Assembly: GCA_032161105.1 (NCBI GenBank)
Contig: JAVHTD010000006.1
DNA length: 64,000 nt
Source of the DNA: Candidatus Thermosaccharophagus tengchongensis
GTDB lineage: Bacteria > Armatimonadota > Fervidibacteria > Fervidibacterales > Thermosaccharophagaceae
Direction: 5' to 3' (one strand)
The notes under the pieces are model-generated. The model was not told where the DNA came from and did no database searches. It saw only the letters and a program-made list of their open reading frames with translations. Below are positions 59,890 through 64,000 of the stretch, piece by piece (within the stretch, counting starts at the first letter, position 1; the number at the start of each line of letters is the position of its first letter). Both the position numbers and the translations under genes were made by a program.

Positions 59890-60831
59890 TTAAGCTCCCT
59901 CACATTCGGATGACAGCTTTGCAACGGCATCTTCAATTCCCCTTGGATCTTCAACTTGGATGACCTTCGCCTCGGGGAGCGTTTGCAATATGAGTTGCGA
60001 TAGGACTTTCCTCGGTCCGACTTCAACGAACCACCTAACGCCGTTGTCCCAAAGCCATTGAATGCTCTCAACCCATCGCACCGGCGATGTTAGCTGCAAT
60101 GCCAACAGACGGCGCAATTCGGTTTCCCGTGTTATCGGTCGAGCGGTAACATTCGCCACAAGCGGTATGTCGGAATCGCGCATCTTTGCATTCTTCAAGG
60201 CTTCCTCAAGTTGCGAAGCTATTGGCTGCATCAGCGGTGAATGGAAGCCGCCGCTGACTCGGAGCATGACAACCCTCTGTATGCCGAAGCTCTTTGCAAG
60301 CCTTGCCGCTTCTTCTACGGCACTAACTTCACCGGAGATGACTATTTGAGATGGGCTATTGTAATTGGCTACGACTATGATTCCCTTCTCCTTGGCGCAC
60401 TCACAAAGCTTGTTGACTTGTTCAATGTCGCCGCCAATGAGCGCAGCCATTGCCCCCTTCGCGGCGGCGTTCATCAGTTCAGCGCGCCTCAGCACAAGCT
60501 TGAGACCGGTTTCAAAATCATAGAAGCCGGCACACATTGCTGCGCTCCACTCGCCGAGGCTGTGCCCGGCAACATAGCTCGGCTTTAAGCCGTTGCGTGA
60601 GAGGATGGTCCAAACAGCGCAGCTTACAAGGTAAATGCAGGGCTGCGCGTTCAGCGTCAGTGTAAGTTCATCCATCGGACCATCAAAGCAGAGCTTTGTT
60701 AAGCTCCTTTTTGCGACCTCATCGGAAAGCGAGAACAGCTGGCGCACCTCATCAAATGCCTCGTATAGTGCCTTGCCCATGCCAACATACTGTGAACCCT
60801 GTCCCGGAAACACAAACGCCACCCTCTCCAT
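59890..60831 (-). CDS. fabD: Malonyl-CoA:ACP transacylase
   Basis: FPGQGSQ, GHSLGE, GGFHSPLM. Confidence 0.97.
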   Translation of the reverse strand: MERVAFVFPGQGSQYVGMGKALYEAFDEVRQLFSLSDEVAKRSLTKLCFDGPMDELTLTLNAQPCIYLVSCAVWTILSRNGLKPSYVAGHSLGEWSAAMCAGFYDFETGLKLVLRRAELMNAAAKGAMAALIGGDIEQVNKLCECAKEKGIIVVANYNSPSQIVISGEVSAVEEAARLAKSFGIQRVVMLRVSGGFHSPLMQPIASQLEEALKNAKMRDSDIPLVANVTARPITRETELRRLLALQLTSPVRWVESIQWLWDNGVRWFVEVGPRKVLSQLILQTLPEAKVIQVEDPRGIEDAVAKLSSECEGA

Positions 60832-60835
60832 CACG

Positions 60836-61831
60836 TCACCACCTCAGGACACACGATGCCCAACTAAGTCCGCCCCCAAAGCTCGTGCAGACGACTATGT
60901 CGCCGCGCTTAACGATGCCGAGCTTCTTGGCTTCCGCCAATGCAATCGGTATTGATGCTGCAGATGTATTGCCGTATCTGTCCACATTGACAAACATGCG
61001 TTCAAGCGGGATTTGGAGCCGCTCCGCTGCTGCCTGCATAATTCGCATGTTGGCTTGGTGCGGCACAAACAGGTTCACATGGCTTGTATCAAGTCCGCAG
61101 GCTTGCAGAGCTCGCTTGGTTGATTCAGCCATTGCTCTGACGGCAAACCTGAACACCTCACTCCCATTCATGGTCAGCGAATGCGCTTCCTCAAGTAGGC
61201 TCATAACCGATGCCGGGCGATATGAGCCTCCGGCTTCTATTTTCAAAAGGTTGCTTCCGGAGCCGTCGGAGCCGAGGTCAAACCCAAGCAGCCCGCATCC
61301 GTCATCAACCGGCGCAATAACTGCAGCGCCGGCACCATCGCCGAATAGGACGCATGTGCGCCTGTCTCGCCAGTTGATGAACCTTGAAAAGACATCGGTG
61401 CCGATGACCAAGACATTCTCAAATGCGCCACATGAGACCATTTGCGACGCTATGACCAGTCCGTAAACGAAGCCCGTGCATCCAACGAGCAGGTCAAATG
61501 CTGCGGCACCATTTGCACCGAGCGCGTCCTGAATCAGGCATGCCGTGGCTGGGAAGATGTAGTCTGGCGTTATAGTGGCGACGATTACGCACTGCACATC
61601 AGTCGGGCTCATTCCCGCATCCGTTATGGCTTCCATTGCAGCTTTGGTGCCCAGTGTCGCAGCCGTCTCGTCCTTTGAAGCTATGCGCCTTTCGCGTATG
61701 CCCGTTCGCTCAATTATCCATTGGTCGCTCGTCTCAACGAGCTTTTGCAAGTCGGCATTCGTCAGGATGCGTTTTGGCAGGTATGCACCAATCCCCTTTA
61801 TCCCTGCTGACCTCAAATTGCAACTCGCCAT
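60836..61831 (-). CDS. fabH: 3-oxoacyl-ACP synthase III
   Basis: WIIERTGI, GCTGF (Cys), PHQAN, GNTSAASIP. Confidence 0.97.
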   Translation of the reverse strand: MASCNLRSAGIKGIGAYLPKRILTNADLQKLVETSDQWIIERTGIRERRIASKDETAATLGTKAAMEAITDAGMSPTDVQCVIVATITPDYIFPATACLIQDALGANGAAAFDLLVGCTGFVYGLVIASQMVSCGAFENVLVIGTDVFSRFINWRDRRTCVLFGDGAGAAVIAPVDDGCGLLGFDLGSDGSGSNLLKIEAGGSYRPASVMSLLEEAHSLTMNGSEVFRFAVRAMAESTKRALQACGLDTSHVNLFVPHQANMRIMQAAAERLQIPLERMFVNVDRYGNTSAASIPIALAEAKKLGIVKRGDIVVCTSFGGGLSWASCVLRW

Positions 61832-61952
61832 CAGCCATCACCGCCAGAGGTGAGCATTTCTCACGAGTTGTTTGGGTGTCTTGAGATTTGGTGGTTGTAA
61901 ATGCAATTGATTGCCCGTCGCAGCTGAGGGTTGAGCGGCGCTATCACACGCA

Positions 61953-63458
61953 TCATTCAATCCCCAACTTGCCAACCCTCCTTTGGATAGCCATCCTGTA
62001 GGCGCGCTCATACTCTTGTGCGGAATGCTTCCATGAGTAATCGGCGCTCATGGCATTCAGCATGGCATTGCGCCACAGCTGTGGCTTGCCGTTATAGATT
62101 GAGAGAGCCCTTTCAATTGCGCTCAGCATTTCCGTTGCATCAAACTTGCGGAAACAAAAACCATTGCCCTCACCAGTCGCTTCATCCAACTCTTTCACCG
62201 TGTCCGCAAGACCGCCGGTGTGATGCACGATTGGCAGCGTCCCATAGCGCATGCTTATCATTTGACCGAGACCGCATGGCTCATACCTTGACGGCATGAG
62301 AAACATATCAGAGCCGGCGTAGATCAAATGCGCCAAAGGCTCATCGTATACGCCTATGCGCGCGCCAACCTTCGTCGGATACGCTTTGGCGAGGTTGATG
62401 AATGCGTTCTCATACCTCTCTTCGCCAGCCCCGAGGATGACCAGTTGCAAGTCATGCTTTGAGAGGAGCTCATCGGCGACCTCAATGAGCAAGTCAAATC
62501 CCTTCTGCCATGTCAGCCTTGCCACTACCCCAATGACCGGCTTTTGCTCATCAACTGGCAGCCCGAGCGATTCTTGGAGATGGACTTTATTCCTGCGCTT
62601 CATCTCAATTGTGGAGGCATCGTATCTGGCATGGATGAGCTTGTCCGTCTTCGGGTTCCAAATCTCGTAGTCAACGCCATTCAGTATCCCAACGAGGTCA
62701 TTGGAACGGCTTAAGAGCAAACCGTGAAAGCCCTCACCGAACTCCGCTGTCTGTATCTCCTGAGCATATCTCGGACTAACTGTTGTGAGCATGTCCGAGT
62801 AATACAGCCCAGCCTTCATGAACGAAAAGTGACCGTAAAACTCAACACCGTTGATGCTGAATGTCTCCCAAGGCAATCCGACATCGCTAAGCAGCGCCGG
62901 GGAGAAGTTGCCTTGGTAGCCCAAGTTGTGTATGGTGAACAAAGTGGCAGTCCGCGCGAAGAAGCCATCATAAAGGTCTGTCGTGTTCAGGTATGCCGGG
63001 ATAAGCCCAGTTTGCCAGTCGTTGCAGTGAATGACATTTGGTTGAAAGCAAATTGCCTTCGCCAATTCAAGCGCTGCCCGACAGAAGAGAGCGAACCTGA
63101 GCGCATCGTCGTGGTAGCCGTAAAGGTGTGGGCGGTTGTAGAACTCGGGATAGTCAAGCAGGTATAGTTCAACGCCGGCGATAGCATAGCATCGTTCAAT
63201 GCCAACCCTGTAAACGGAGTTGCCGAGCTTGACGGGGAGAGACTTGAAGATGGTCCTTGTGCGCCACTTGCCCTTGGCGATGGCTTCATACTTCGGGAGC
63301 AGCGCACGGACATCGTGCTTTAGCCCCCTTAAAGCCTTCGGAAGCGCCCCGGCAACATCAGCGAGCCCGCCTGTTTTAGCCAGCGGTGTCATCTCCGAGG
63401 CGAGATAGAGTATGCGAAGCCGTCCACTCGCCCTCACGCGTTGGTCAGTTTGAGACAT
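61953..63458 (-). CDS. glgA: Glycogen synthase
   Basis: KTGGLADV, HCNDWQ, TIHNLGYQG, MPSRYEPCGL. Confidence 0.97.
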   Translation of the reverse strand: MSQTDQRVRASGRLRILYLASEMTPLAKTGGLADVAGALPKALRGLKHDVRALLPKYEAIAKGKWRTRTIFKSLPVKLGNSVYRVGIERCYAIAGVELYLLDYPEFYNRPHLYGYHDDALRFALFCRAALELAKAICFQPNVIHCNDWQTGLIPAYLNTTDLYDGFFARTATLFTIHNLGYQGNFSPALLSDVGLPWETFSINGVEFYGHFSFMKAGLYYSDMLTTVSPRYAQEIQTAEFGEGFHGLLLSRSNDLVGILNGVDYEIWNPKTDKLIHARYDASTIEMKRRNKVHLQESLGLPVDEQKPVIGVVARLTWQKGFDLLIEVADELLSKHDLQLVILGAGEERYENAFINLAKAYPTKVGARIGVYDEPLAHLIYAGSDMFLMPSRYEPCGLGQMISMRYGTLPIVHHTGGLADTVKELDEATGEGNGFCFRKFDATEMLSAIERALSIYNGKPQLWRNAMLNAMSADYSWKHSAQEYERAYRMAIQRRVGKLGIE

Positions 63459-63514
63459 CCTTTTGCCAACCCCCTCTTTTGAGTTACACTGTTAACGGCG
63501 CAGAAAGTTTCATC

Positions 63515-63907
63515 ATGAGTGTAGCGCAACAAAGGTGCGCGCAGCAATGGGGTGATGCGAGATTGTTGTTTGAGCGTCTCCCAAAGGACAGGGAGAGGGA
63601 AGTCATAGAGCGAATTGCGAGGAGGGTTATAAGTTACGGTTTGGAAGTGCCTGCAGTTCTTTTCCTTGAGCTCCATAAGCCGCTTGCTAACATTCTCGGT
63701 CACGGTCTGCTATTTGCCTTCCCATTCCTCGCCCCGTTCTTCGGAATTACTGCGTTGCATGAAGCTGGGGCAATATTGAGCACTGCCGATGGCATTGAAG
63801 CTCTCATAAAGCGGATTGAGGAACTCGCGTCGGAGAAGCGCTCGCAGAACGAATGTAACGAATGTGCCGAAGGCGCGGAGCAAGCCATGACAACAAAATC
63901 AAGGTGA
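63515..63907 (+). CDS. Conserved-looking hypothetical protein
   Basis: IERIARRV..YGLEVPAVLFLE.HKPL pattern; divergent from glgA. Confidence 0.65.
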   Translation: MSVAQQRCAQQWGDARLLFERLPKDREREVIERIARRVISYGLEVPAVLFLELHKPLANILGHGLLFAFPFLAPFFGITALHEAGAILSTADGIEALIKRIEELASEKRSQNECNECAEGAEQAMTTKSR

Positions 63908-64000
63908 TGCCATCTCGGCATAGTGTTGTGCGTGCATCCGTGCAGGTGAACATGATGGCAATTGTTATGGAAGTTGGTGAGACCGATGGAACATGCACAG

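Noticed and set aside
60696..61466. 256-aa plus-strand ORF
   Set aside because: Antisense to fabH/fabD with the Ser/Pro-rich composition typical of shadow ORFs
63907..64000. Possible gene start overlapping the previous stop codon
   Set aside because: Only about 31 codons before the window ends; cannot be identified

Overview
A 64 kb bacterial chromosomal segment of mostly housekeeping genes that contains the replication origin (dnaA - oriC - dnaN - recF - dciA). Other recognisable loci are a Bacillus-like recA-recX-rny-ymdB-spoVS cluster, tilS-ftsH, pheA-ftsE-ftsX-tRNA-Thr(TGT)-icd, coaBC, accD, fabH-fabD, glgA, kdsD and several carbohydrate-related genes. The prepilin/DUF1559 H-X9-DG protein, the Terrabacteria-style synteny and the outer-membrane hints (kdsD, an LptF/G-like fragment) suggest an Armatimonadota-like organism; this is inference. 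I saw no transposase, integrase, prophage or CRISPR array. The most interesting observations are: (1) an oriC with an 11-bp-phased array of mostly non-canonical TTTTCCACA-type DnaA boxes and a clear box-box-trio unwinding module, inside a lower-GC stretch of about 8 kb; (2) a TPR protein directly downstream of ftsH that ends in an NHLP/Os1348-like domain; (3) a secreted TolB-propeller protein with five NBR1-FW-like Ig repeats next to an HtrA protease; (4) a circularly permuted SpoIVB (S55) protease fused to a beta-propeller; (5) an unannotated intergenic RNA-like element downstream of icd with mutually exclusive stems; (6) a BldC-like HTH protein divergent from recA. All annotations come from motif recognition by eye; no database searches were run.
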